Of a stretch of DNA of 64,000 bases, positions 39,473-51,666 are shown one piece after another; within the stretch, counting starts at the first letter, position 1; every line of letters starts with the position of its first letter. The stretch comes from Lingula anatina. Its lineage: Eukaryota; Animalia; Brachiopoda. The notes below the pieces were generated by a model that did no database searches, was not told the origin of the DNA, and saw only the letters and a list, made by a program, of their open reading frames with translations. A program made the translations under genes and the position numbers. The DNA lies in contig CM120645.1 of NCBI GenBank assembly GCA_051362555.1, forward strand, positions 1,674,001-1,738,000. The letters are read 5' to 3'.

Positions 39473-40373
39473 TTAATGCGTTGCGCCCCCCAACTATCAA
39501 CAATCTGTAAAAACTGGCGTGGATCACTTCCCTCCATCAACCTTTTATCGAGGATGGTTTGCAGGGCAGATGATAACCTTTCATCTTGCACAAGATTAGC
39601 GTTTTGGGATACAGGTAAATTCCTAAGGCTAACGACGGTATATATATAACGTAGCGCTCCGTCGAGTTTAATATCTGCCTTTTATTTAATTTGTATTATT
39701 ATTTTTGTAATCAAGAACAGGAATATGAAATGTCAAATCCACTACTATGTGGGCAATTTAGGAGCGCGGAAAGATTTTTTCCTGGGGGCCAGATTTTTTT
39801 TTAATTGTCTATTGAAAGGGGGTGTATCCGAATTTTCTCAAACGTATAGTCGACCGAGCTCGTTGACAATTTTATCAATTTTGTAAAGTCTTAGGCTAAA
39901 CTATCCGGCGCTATTAGTATTTTAAAATTTATAATATATCTAAATATAATTCAAAAATATTTCACGGATTTACTTTCAACAATTTCAGATAAAATGCACT
40001 GAAAGTAGGTTCATATTGGGTGACAGGGGCACAAATTATTCTTCCTTCCACCTATCTATTATACTGTATACAAAAATAACAAAGTCTGAATGTTTGATAT
40101 TATTATACATGTAGAAATATGTTACTTTCTATTTTGCTACATTGCATCATGTAATCACCGCTTTCATTATCCTGTGTGATTATTATAAAATAGTTTTGCT
40201 CTGTCCGCGTACTTTCAGTTAATCTTATATCTTTTCTGAGTTCAACACGTCACGTCGGGCTTGCAACCAATCAAATGATATTTTATCCACTTTCACAAAT
40301 ATGTAAATTTTGAAAAGCTGCAATAATTAAAGCTCATAGACACCGACGTGTTGAATTGATGCTGACTATCAAA

Positions 40374-40544
40374 GGCCCCATTCAGAAAAGGGGACTTACT
40401 AGTCCGAGGGTCAACTATGGCCAACCCACCTCCCCACGGAATATCTATTGTGTCTATTAGTGGATTAGGATTTGATGGCAAGCTTTGTTGTGGGTCGCCA
40501 TATTTGACCCTCGGACTAGTTAGTCCCCTATTCTTAATGAGGCC
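40374..40544. mobile_element. PIF/Harbinger-like MITE, family B copy 3
   Basis: GGCCCCATTC...AATGAGGCC, AAA TSD, homologous to 12116-12290. Confidence 0.82.
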
Positions 40545-40746
40545 AAATATCGTCAAATCTCTAATTTTGAAGCGAGTGTAAGTGAGCAAAAAAAGTTCGT
40601 TTTTCAAACGGTCGCAGGTCCGGAGAAGCAGTGGCTTAAATCAGTTCAATTCTTTAATTGAAGGTACATCATCACCTTGATATTTTAAAACTTGTAATCA
40701 GTGTTCTCTGAATCCTTCTATGATGATCGCTGCCCGTAAATCTCCC

Positions 40747-40799
<53 letters not shown>

Positions 40800-40824
40800 C
40801 TCTCTCTCTCTCTTCAAATAAAAG

Positions 40825-41499
40825 CTAAAATCCTGGATGCGGCAAATAACCCGGCGGCGAAGTTGTATCGTACAGTCCAGGCTGGAACTGGTGCGGGGGA
40901 GGTCCTGGGTACTGTCCCCCGCCAACGTACCGCATCCCCGCCATCTCCCCCGGACCAGGCATCCCGGGGAGGGGCAAACTTGGATACGGTGGTCCTCCGC
41001 CAGCTGGCGCGTGAGGAGACGACGTCATCGCATACAGGCCGTCGTCCTGAGAAGTTGGGGGGAATGATGTCGTAAATCCAGGGTGGGTCACGCCCAAATT
41101 CATGCTACCAGAGGGGGGTTGATATCCCCCCATTAAAGAATACTGACTCCCCCCGAGTTGAGATTCAGCTGTAGCGTACATAGCATGTTGCGGATGCTGC
41201 TGCTGGGGATATAAAGACGGCTGGGAGTTTTGCGGATATCCATACGGCTGCCCACCGGTATAAACCTGAGGTGGACTTGTGAGTAAATCCTGTGGCGGAT
41301 ACCCCTGCTGTGCGGGCACAGGAAGTCCTCCTACGCTGGGCGGATAATATCCGCCGGATTGCACTGGCATGACATCTTGCTGGGGCGGGTAGCCTGGTTG
41401 TGGCGCATAACCCCCCTGGACGGGCGTGTAACCCCCCTGTGAGGACGGGAATCCCCCCTGGGGAGGCGGGAATCCGCCCTGCGGAGGCAGATGCGACAT
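40825..41499 (-). CDS. Pro/Gly/Gln/Tyr-rich low-complexity protein (224 aa)
   Basis: GC-rich ORF with PPQGG(F/Y) repeats; acceptor tttcag before 41545; non-coding exon 1 ending at 42952 (AAG|gtaagt) downstream of TATAAATA (43054-43047). Confidence 0.75.
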   Translation of the reverse strand: MSHLPPQGGFPPPQGGFPSSQGGYTPVQGGYAPQPGYPPQQDVMPVQSGGYYPPSVGGLPVPAQQGYPPQDLLTSPPQVYTGGQPYGYPQNSQPSLYPQQQHPQHAMYATAESQLGGSQYSLMGGYQPPSGSMNLGVTHPGFTTSFPPTSQDDGLYAMTSSPHAPAGGGPPYPSLPLPGMPGPGEMAGMRYVGGGQYPGPPPHQFQPGLYDTTSPPGYLPHPGF

Positions 41500-41693
41500 T
41501 TGATGTTGTGTTGTTGATTCAAGGCGTCGTTTTCTCCGGGATGACCTGAAAGACGTTTATGAAACATATTGCATTAAATTGCGATTCAGTAAATTGGGCT
41601 CCTATTAGCAAAGTGTGCATCATTTCAGGTAATACAATAAAGTCCCACACTGTTAATTATGACATGACTAATGTCAACACATTCAACAAAATA

Positions 41694-41974
41694 CTAGAAA
41701 AGCACTCAGAGAACGCAGACTCCCGCCGAGACGAACATTTAACTAATAATTAACCATTAATTACGAAATGGATCATCACCAAAATGTAATCATTCGTTCC
41801 TTGGACCATTTCCGACCTATCCAGAAAATTTCAGTAGAATCCGTCCACAACTTTCGGCATAATGCTGCTAACAAAACTATCTAATCAACGAATAACGAAG
41901 AAAACTATAGTTAGTTACTAACTAACCAACTAACTAACTAGCGGGACGGAAAGAATAACCTCCTTGGCGGAGGT
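41694..41974 (+). mobile_element. Helentron/DINE-1-like non-autonomous element
   Basis: Starts actagaaaagcactcagaga.cgcagac, has an internal (ACTA)n microsatellite, ends in the hairpin acctccttggcggaggt. Confidence 0.65.
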
Positions 41975-43562
41975 CGCTATCCCTCCATACTTTTTTCTTA
42001 CAACCCCGAATCGCCAACTGTCAAATATAGACAGGTAGAAGGATTTTATAAGCTGGATGTTTTCAGATTGCCTAAATAAAGCTACTAGAAAGTAGAAGGT
42101 GCATATTGAGCCAATGTGTGTGTGTGTGTGTGTGTGTGTTTGTGTGTACTTATGTCAAAGAAGTCACTAAACTCCAGCAAATGCCAGCATACATGTATAT
42201 ATGTATGTATATAGTGCCAAAGGGTAAAACTAAAAGAAATGTCACGCACAAGTTTCGGTGCATTTCCCGAAAATTAATATTTGCACATATATTTTAGGCT
42301 TACTATCTGTGCCTTATAAATTGGAGGTGGGGGTGGGAGGGTGTAGGCCAAATGTACGACGAGAAGTTTAAAGAAGGTGTCGTTTGAACAGTTTTAAGGT
42401 CTTTATCTGCTGCCCGACAGATAAATTTCGGTCTTTTACTTTATTTATTTATTTATTTTTTTTTTTTTTGAGGGGGGGGGGGGGAGGGCACATGTGTATG
42501 TTACTTGTGTTAGAAACTGATACTAATACTAATAGTAGCTATAAGTTGTAGGTCCTACAGGCTATTTAGTATCACGTCATATGTATGTTTAAGAGGTATA
42601 TTTATCACAGACATGCAGAGATTAATAGACGGACGGTGATGGAATCGGACTTTGCCTGGCATAAGAGGGCGATGATCATCCATCATCTACACTTCTGTCT
42701 GCAGCAGTGTGCTAATCAATGGCTAATACCCTGCACTGATTATTAAATCCATGTAGGTCAAATTTAAACTGGACAGACGCTGTCCCAAGATGCATCAAAT
42801 TTTAAAAAGAAAATGCCAAATTGAATGATTCAGTGTTTACCCCCAGTGTCTCACTGGGAGGTTATGGCACCAAGCGTGAAAACAACTGCAGTCTGAATAC
42901 AGCATCTCTGTATGGTCTTCACTCCAGTTTTTTACCCAGCCGTTCACTTACCTTTGCCGCTCGTGAAAATCTGCTACAGTCTATTGCACCCCAGATATTG
43001 CACCTGTTCAATGTTTCGTTTGGAGTCAAGCTACCCTGCCACGCCGTATTTATAATCCATCCAACTGCAATCGTACTAAGGTAACGAGTTCAGTCACTGG
43101 CAAACCGAAGCTCTATTTGCCCTTGCATTCACTGCCGTTATTACAGAAGCGGAGTGGAGTACATTCAATGCTGTTGTTTACTGTTGGCTAGGACGCCACC
43201 TTGCAAAATAAACATGCGCATACTTTGTCCATAGATCAATAAAGCCTGGAGAAATCGTGTGCTTTAGAGACCGTTTTCAAATCCGCGCTGTGTACGGTGT
43301 AGCTAGCCACCTTCAGCTTCTCGTCTGACAGTCGCCGTTGATAACAAACAACGTCAGGTGTGAGGGAAAGGATCGAGAGCGTTAACGGTGCCCAATTGGC
43401 GTTTTCGTTGATATTTCGTGTGTGTTTGGGCGTGTGTGTGTGTGTGGGGGAGAGGGGGGGGGGGTGAGGGGGAGCGAGTAGGAAAACTTGCGTATATATT
43501 GAGGGCATTAAAGGGGCGGGTTTACAAGTGACCTGGGCACAATTTGTTGGCAATTTATGATG

Positions 43563-43604
<42 letters not shown>

Positions 43605-44860
43605 TTTATTGAGCTATAAATGTGTACATAGTTTGACATTTGCTGGCTCTTTAATCCACCGGTACTACGAAGGGTAGTATATATACATGTATACAATAAG
43701 GATAATAATAAATAACATAATATGAAATATTGATACCACTTACATTGTACTTAATGCAATGAAGTAAGTACACGTGTGATATTTTAATACACTTGTAGGG
43801 CTGCTTTACAACAGAGACTTATGTTAGGTTAATTTTCTACTTTGGCATAGTTGTTGAAATGGGTAGAGGATTTTAGACATTTGAATTTAATATTTTATTA
43901 AAATTATCTAATTATGAATTATCTTTCTGTAATTATAATTGCCCTTCAGAGTAAAAAGCGCAGTTGAATCATGTTAAAGGTACTTTTCCGCTAGATATAT
44001 AACTCCTAACCTCTTTTTACATCTTCAGTAGACTATCCTACTTAGTCTAACTGTTAAACCAACCCCGCCCACCCTTTCAAATATAACGTATTTAGAATAA
44101 AAGCCTCAGTATTGCTATAAATCAACTCGCTTCATGTTTGCTGTTATGAAATCACCACACTACATTTTCAAATATAAAACGGCCAATAATTAAATCAACA
44201 GATATACAGTGGTAACATATGAAAAAACGTTCTTATAAGTTGTCACATCCTGAGAAACGCCGTTTCATTTTTTCTGCTCAGATGAGGTGAGAAGGGTGGG
44301 TGGCAAACAAAGAATATTTTATGAAAATACTTTATTCAATGTGCTTCATGTTCACCAATGACGAGATAAATATATACCGGAGACGTTGAAAACACCAAGA
44401 CCTTCCTGACCCCCCCCCCCCCCCTGCAGCACAGCATTCTAATATTCTCAACTTTTTCAGACATGCCCCTTTTTAATTTAAAAGTAGTAGTATTCTCCCA
44501 CATCAGAGAAGGCCTTGAATGATTAATCCTTAAAATATGACCAAATACAAGGCCTCGTACGTTAACTTTTTCCTGTTAACCGGGTCAACTGCACCTAACA
44601 TCCTGAATCTTGACCTGGTCGCAGTATAGCCGTATATATATGCTAGCTATAGGGCCTAATACATATTCGTTACATTAGAATGTACTGGGTGCATAGTTTG
44701 TGACAAAAATGAAATTCAGTATTAATTAAATACATATCCAGGCGTTAAATAGCAAAGTCTAAACTGGTGAGCTTACGTCATCAGGCCTTGTGCTATAAAA
44801 CCCCAATAGAGGTCTAATCAATACCAAGAAAGATATAGGCTACACACGTGACTCAAAATT

Positions 44861-44919
44861 CTAAAAATAGCATTCGCTGTTTGAGGCTATTTTTAGTAAG
44901 TAGGAAATCTCTTATAAAA
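44861..44919 (+). promoter_or_regulatory. Rho paralog 1 promoter: two MEF2-consensus sites + TATA
   Basis: CTAAAAATAG 44861-70, CTATTTTTAG 44887-96, TATAAAA 44913-19. Confidence 0.6.
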
Positions 44920-45074
44920 CTTGGCAGCATGGGTCTTTGCCGGACATAGGCAATTAAGTCAGACTTTATCGTCACAAACTGTGAAGAAGGGATCTAGAAA
45001 CAGAAAACACGTTGTTTGTTAGTTCAATATTTTTATTATTTTTTTTTCATTAAACTGTTTGACAGGAGATTCAA

Positions 45075-46474
45075 ATGGGGTTGTTTGCATGTCTAGGCGG
45101 TAATTCATGTGGTGAGTATATTCCTTTTCTCTTTACCAGTAAATAAAGTATAAAACGTGGTCATATATTGCAGAAAAAATATTCAGTAATGCTTTTTCAG
45201 TCGTTTATTTATTTGCTTGAATGATAAATAAATCGATAAATTGTCCGTGACTTTCTAAAGCCACAGTTCTCTCTAATTATCCGGTTATTAAATTGAAACA
45301 CTCGATTTACACACTGTTAAATCGAAACACTTGTTCGATAACTTGTTTTAAGAAATAACTTACCTACAAAATCTCAACCAATTAATTAAAACCAATAAGG
45401 AGAATAAGGTATCGAAGTATATTGTTCGCTTCTAACACCCCGAGTGTCGCTGTAGATAGATTGAAAGAGACTTCAAGTTACAGGGGTTAGCTATAGATTC
45501 AGATGACCTCGAAACTCAGGTGGTTACAGAAGACAACGGAGTCTTTCTGATTATATGGGGCTAGGTGAGATATCACTTTTTATCGGAGAGCTTTGGAAAA
45601 TCAAGATGACTTCTTTTAATTGCAGTTGAATAAATTACCCTCTCACCTTTCAGACGCAGATTCTACGGCGTACCCTATGAGAAAGAAGTTGGTGATTGTT
45701 GGGGATGGCGCCTGCGGTAAATCCTGCCTGCTCAACGTGTTTACACAGGACGACTTTACCCTCAGCTATATTCCCACCGTCTTTGAGAACTACGTAACAG
45801 ACATAGAAGTGGATGGAAAACAGGTGCGTCTCTTTTGCAGTATTTTTTAGAATTAAATTGAAAACTTGAGAGTTAAAATTGTCTTTTGTAAAATATAGCG
45901 TTCATTTGATTTTAGGTCGGTCGGTCTGTCTCTCTCTCTCTCATATATATCTCTACTATTTTTAAGTTGCATTAATTTTGTTATTTAAGATCGAGTCTCT
46001 CTCTCTCTCATATGTCCCTACTGTTTTTAATCAGAATTAATTTTGTTATTTTAGATCGAGTTGGCACTTTGGGATACTGCCGGGCAGGAAGATTACGACC
46101 GCTTACGGCCCTTATCTTATCCCGATACTGACGTCATACTGATGTGTTACTCCATCGACAGTCCCGACAGCCTGGCCAACATCGCCGAAAAATGGGCCCC
46201 GGAGATCAACCATTTTTGTCCCAATGTTCCTGTAGTTCTAGTGGCAAATAAAAAGGACTTGAGAAAAGATGAAGAGATCATTACTGAACTGGCAAAACTG
46301 AACGAAAAACCGGTGGATTACATGGCTGGGGAAGACACTGCGGCAAAAATTGGTGCTTTTTCTTTTCTTGAGTGTTCGGCGAAAACGCGAGAGGGCGTTA
46401 GGGACGTATTTGAGACTGCCACGAGAGCGACGTTATTGAAAAGGAAACGCCGTAAGATCCATCGCAGATGTTAA
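45075..46474 (+). CDS. Rho: RhoA-like small GTPase paralog 1 with N-terminal MGLFACL extension and no CAAX (208 aa)
   Basis: Exons 45075-45111, 45654-45823 and 46055-46474 with GT-AG and matching phases; [41 protein letters not shown]; ends [11 protein letters not shown]. Confidence 0.9.
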
Positions 46475-47251
46475 TTTTTTTTCACTCTGTTCTAAAGAAA
46501 TTTGTCATGAGTGATGCTGGGCAAAGAGAAGCAAAGTAAAGACAATCATGGTATTAAAAAATAAATATATTTCAAGTAATGCTGCAATACCTTCTGCTAT
46601 ACATGTACAATTAGGCTATATGTGGCATCAGTGTTTTTTTTTTGTTTTTTTTTTGTTTTTTGTAATTATACACATTAAGTGTCTTTCATAATAAATATTT
46701 GTTGTTAACCAACCGTTAAGTTTTGACATTCGATAACTTTCAGTTTTTTTTTGGATGAATTACAATCGCGATTTTTCTTAACGATATTTAAGGCATATAA
46801 ATGGTGTTTCCAGACCCTCGTCATCTGTGAAGAATATGACTCTTAAACTATAAAATTGATACTATTATCGAGGTCTTGTCAGTAAATGTGCAAGCGCGCA
46901 TCTCTCTTTTTACTATAATCACAACCTTACAGTATAGCCCAGTGGCGACCCTCTCTCCCACCGCTCTCTCCCACTTTCATTCCATCATAGTAAACGACAG
47001 CAACAAAGAATAACAATATAATGTCTACCAACAGGCCTGCTGTCAGCAACCGGGTCTCTTTTTGCCGAAAACTGGACCTTTCCCTCCCCTCAGTTGACCC
47101 AGCATAAGAAATGACATACATGTAGAACTCAGATCAAGTATTGATTCAGAGGGGACCTTTTCTTGCCAAAAAGACGGGTTTTAACCCCACACCAGCTCGC
47201 CCCGTCTACGGACGTGGGCCTTATATGTTTTTTACAACTTTTTTTATAATA

Positions 47252-48913
47252 CAGACTTGACATTTAATATGGAATATTTCAGTTTCGAAGGTATGCCTAG
47301 GTAAAAATTCGTTCTTTTTTAAAAAAAAAACCGATCTCATATAAGATTTGTGAATGGAGAAGTGTGTAGTCAGGTGTGTCGCTACCAATTAACTGACTTC
47401 CATGTCTGTTGCGCTGCTACATTATGTAAAATGCGGTGATTTAATTGGGTAGTGTTCTTTTGGGCTGGTCAATGCTTGGCTTAGGCAAATCTTGGTTCTG
47501 TCAAAAAAATATCCGTATGTCGGCAACTATTCCATAGAAGAATTTGAAATTTTGCATGCAAGCGGTCAGTTTTGCAGTGCGTAAAATGAGCTAATGAGTG
47601 CTTTACAAATTTGTAAATTTGTGGCAGAATGGCGCGAAAAAGACAGACACTACCAGACAGATTACAGCGCCAAACGGAACGGTCCGCACAGTTTTATAGA
47701 GTAATACCCAGACTGATGTAACTACACAGAGGTCACACCCAATGCATCGAAATCTTATCTCCAGGGTTCAGGACCCACTGTCTTTCGGGATACGCAGCTG
47801 CAACTAAACAAAAGCCACCCAGTCTGTTCAGAACGAGGGGTAAATTGCCACCACAATGCGTTTTTCAAGGCCCTTAACGAGCACCAAACTGGTTTTAGCA
47901 GGTTAGAATACCAGATGACCTGCGAGGTACCCACTGTAAACAGCAAAACATCGTCGTCTGTTTCTCTAATAAATTGGGGGCCATGACCGTTTCTGGGTAG
48001 AACACTGAAACCGCGTGGCTTTCTTTATTGAGGTCAGATTTCACCTGTACCTCCCAGCTAGTCAAAACAGAGTTTACAGACATCCAGAAGAGGCCTACGA
48101 CGAAGCATGTACCGCGTGTAAAGTGACACGGGTCATTGACAGCGTCAGTATTTGGAGTGGATACCACATTGGTGCCAAAACACCAATGGTAGTCATTGAC
48201 GAAAACCTGAACCAGATCAAATAAAGGAATAATCTGGGAACCACTTGACTATCATTTGATAGGGGGCACCTTAGGAACAATTTTAGGTTGCACGGTCAGA
48301 TTGCCGGTTCACACAGAGCACTTTTAATAGCAGATAACTTACAGAACCAAGGGAATGAGCAGCTACCCTGGTCATCAAAATCGCGACATTTGAACCGCAT
48401 AGACAATATGTGGGTAAGCCATTACTCGCCGAATCAACTGCTTACATGCCCTACATCAAAACTGGACCAAATTGGACAATTTTGGACCGATGCCTGGAAT
48501 AATATTCCAGATTGAACTCTAAAAACTTTTCCCAAGGAATGCCTTGCCGCTTGATAGCACTGGTAACAGACAGAAGAGGCCAGGCGTAACAGCGACCGTT
48601 ACTATGACTACACACTGACATGAGGGTCCATTGTGTAGCGTATAACTCTTTTACAGACGATAATTTTGAAAATATAGAGATCCAAAATATCTCTTTTAAT
48701 GGATGTCGTATGACATAGAATAGGCAATGTATTTCTGTTTGCCTCACTGTCGAATTCAACCAATGAGCTGGTGTCAGCATGACATCAAAGAGATAATTTA
48801 AAGTTATTAAAACACGAATTTAATCCTTATTTTCATTTATCAGTCAGCAAAATAGCAAAAAACTGATGAAAAATGACTTGGAAAAAAATATTCCATATTA
48901 AATGTCAAGTCTG
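47252..48913 (+). mobile_element. Degenerate Tc1/mariner transposon
   Basis: TA-CAGACTTGACATTTAATATGGAATATTT TIR at both ends; fragmented transposase (FIEVRFHLY...RVYR; SVSIWSG; LPWSSKSRHLNRIDNMW resembling WPxxSPDLNPIExxW). Confidence 0.88.
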
Positions 48914-50004
48914 TATAAACGAGATAAGTAATAAGTGATTTATCGGTCAGGGAGTAGCCTAAATGGCTTGACCAAAGTAAAGGTCAGTTTTTAGAGTCAC
49001 CTAAATTATCACTCGTGGGAGTAATTGTCATCTGAACTAGCAATTTAACCTTAAGTATACCAAATTAAAGCTAGATAAAATCAAGCAACTTTTTTCATCG
49101 CTACCTTTCAGTAAAATTGATGTGTCATAGCCCATGGTAATGTAATGATATATTTAATAGTTGTTGGGAGTTGGGAAACACACTCCCCTTGAAAGAAAAT
49201 AGAGAGTAGATAAAAAGTCGTCAGTCAGTGAGCTGTGGGTTTTTATGATAGTCCTTCACTCTTCATGGTTCGTTACACAACTAATGTGTATATTCCCTGT
49301 CCTGGTGAAAATAAAGGAAGGAAAATGAAAAGCCCCATTTTCACAAATGCCAATAATATTGATAAGATTTAAAAATAATAATTATTACTTCGATTACTAT
49401 ATTGTTATAATAAATATATACATAAATGGAAGAATTAACATGTAAATAAACCAATGCAAAAAGTTGTCTTTATATTTATTTTCTATTGCAACATGACTGA
49501 AAATGTGTAAAATAAGAAACAATACGACACCAAAAAAATACAGTACATCGACATCATTTCGTAAAATTAACCGCGATGAATAATTAATTTTAAAACGATG
49601 TATAAATTAATATTAAAACATTTTATAAAAAGCGTTATGTTGCTAGTGGCTTCGACACTAGAAAATATATTCATTATTTACAATAACAAAACAAAATGCT
49701 AACAGCCAATTAAGACAGGAAAAAATACCAACCACACTTTCAAATACGTGTGTAATATTAAATTTAAAAAAAGCTAATTTTAAGTTAAAACAGATAAAAT
49801 GTAACAACAGTGTCAACAATCAGCCGACCTCTATCGCCGAAAATTGTTTTTTATTATTTAGTTCAAAAAATTTTTATAATCTACAATTTGATGAGAGAGA
49901 GAGAGAGAAAGAGAGAGAGAGATTTGACATGTTAATATGCAAATAATGATAGTGCAAAGGCTTTGCACAGCAATCTTCCAAAAAATCTTAACCCAGTCAT
50001 TACC

Positions 50005-50061
50005 CTATAAATAAACCACACAGTGAGGCTATTTTTAGCATTACGGACCTCCATTATAAAA
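50005..50061 (+). promoter_or_regulatory. Rho paralog 2 promoter: MEF2-consensus sites + TATA
   Basis: CTATAAATAA 50005-14, CTATTTTTAG 50029-38, TATAAAA 50055-61; same spacing as paralog 1. Confidence 0.6.
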
Positions 50062-50167
50062 GAGCGTGGTTCGCCCGGCTAGTCATTTTCTAGCGCGAGA
50101 GAATCACAACAAAGATCACAGATAAATATTGTAAATAACAGGTACATATGTTTTTTGAACCACGACG

Positions 50168-51666
50168 ATGGGATTGTGGTCGTGTCTATACAATGGTGAG
50201 GAGTAACTCTCGTTTTCATTTTTTGATATTATTTTACTATTACCTTTAAAAATAAATATCTAAATACAAAGTAACATTTTTAAATGATTATTACAGATCA
50301 GTTTAACGTTGTTTCCGCGTTGAACACTATTTTTATTGATGTAATACTGTTCTTGTGTTATCTGAGGGCAGTATAAAAGATGGGAAAATGATGACTTAGC
50401 GAGGATACGAGAGGAATTATAAATTATTTGCGATAATATTTGCTCAGACAGAGAGAGAGAGAGAGAGAGAGAGTTAAATGCTATTATTCGGCAAGTGGAA
50501 TACATTTTTATTTTCAGATAGGTCTTCTAAAGCTCATCAGCCACGCAAAACAATAATCATTCTTGGAGACGAGGGTTGTGGAAAATCTTGTCTAGTCAGC
50601 GTTTTCACAAAGGGCAACTTCGCCACAAAACGTCTTCCTGTCCCTTCCACGAGTAATATTTCATACATAGAAATTAATGGCAAAATGGTTATTATTTTTT
50701 CATGTGGACAAACGACAGTTTAAATGTTGAGCTGCATATCGTCTCAGCCCACATTCTCATTATCAACAATATCAAAAAATCTTACATATATTTTGTTTGT
50801 TCCACACTTGAATAATAAAGAAAAACGTCTGTTTTAAACTTGATGCAGGATCCGCTTGATAAAAGCGAGAAATTTCAAAATTTTACATTTTATATTTCAT
50901 ACATAGAAATTGTTGGCAAAATGGTAATTATTTTTTTATTTGTTGCGCTGCATATCATTTCAGCCCACGTTCTCATTATCAACAATATCAAAAATCTTAC
51001 ATTATTTTGTTTGTTCCACACTTGAATAATAAAGAAAAACGTCTGTTTTAAATTTGATGCAGGACCCACATGATCTCTGTGTTAATCCCCCCCTCACACG
51101 AAACCCTATCATTTTCAAGAGTGAATATCGAGAAAGTAAATTGTGAGTGTGGTATTTATATCTTTAACTGTTATATCATATTTTTTTAACTTTTTGTTTT
51201 ACTTTTAATACTTTAAAAACTTATTGCTTCTGTATCAGAAATGCCGATTTTGAAAACTTCCTTCCAGATTGAACTTATCCTCCGAGAGCCAGCGGGGCTA
51301 GATGACATCACCAGGCTTCATTCCCTTTCAGGCAGCAAAAAGGACGCTGTTTTACTGTGTTATTCAATTGACGATCCCGGCAGTTTTCAAAATGCCTCAT
51401 ACAAATGGGCACCAGAGATCAACAAACGATGCCCGGATGTTCCCATTGTTTTAGTTGGAAATAAAAAGGACTTACGAAATGACAAATTTACTATTTGTGA
51501 ACTAGGGACTCTACACGAACAACCGATTGGTTGGCAAGCGGGACAAAAAAGTGCGGAAAAGATACATGCGTTTTCTTATATGGAATGTTCAGCAAAAACG
51601 CGGGAAGGAATTCGAGAGTTGTTTGAGACGGTAGCAAGAGCGGCGGTGTCGAAAAAGGAGTGTTGA
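50168..51666 (+). CDS. Divergent Rho-like GTPase paralog 2 with N-terminal MGLWSCL and no CAAX (198 aa)
   Basis: Exons 50168-50195, 50518-50687 (170 nt, same length as paralog 1 exon 2) and 51268-51666; GDEGCGKS, EPAGL, NKKD, CSAK; ends SKKEC*. Confidence 0.85.

Noticed and set aside
46460-46500. Loss of CAAX in Rho paralog 1 as a homopolymer sequencing error
   Set aside because: Adding or removing a T does not produce a clean Caax-stop, and paralog 2 also ends Cys-stop.
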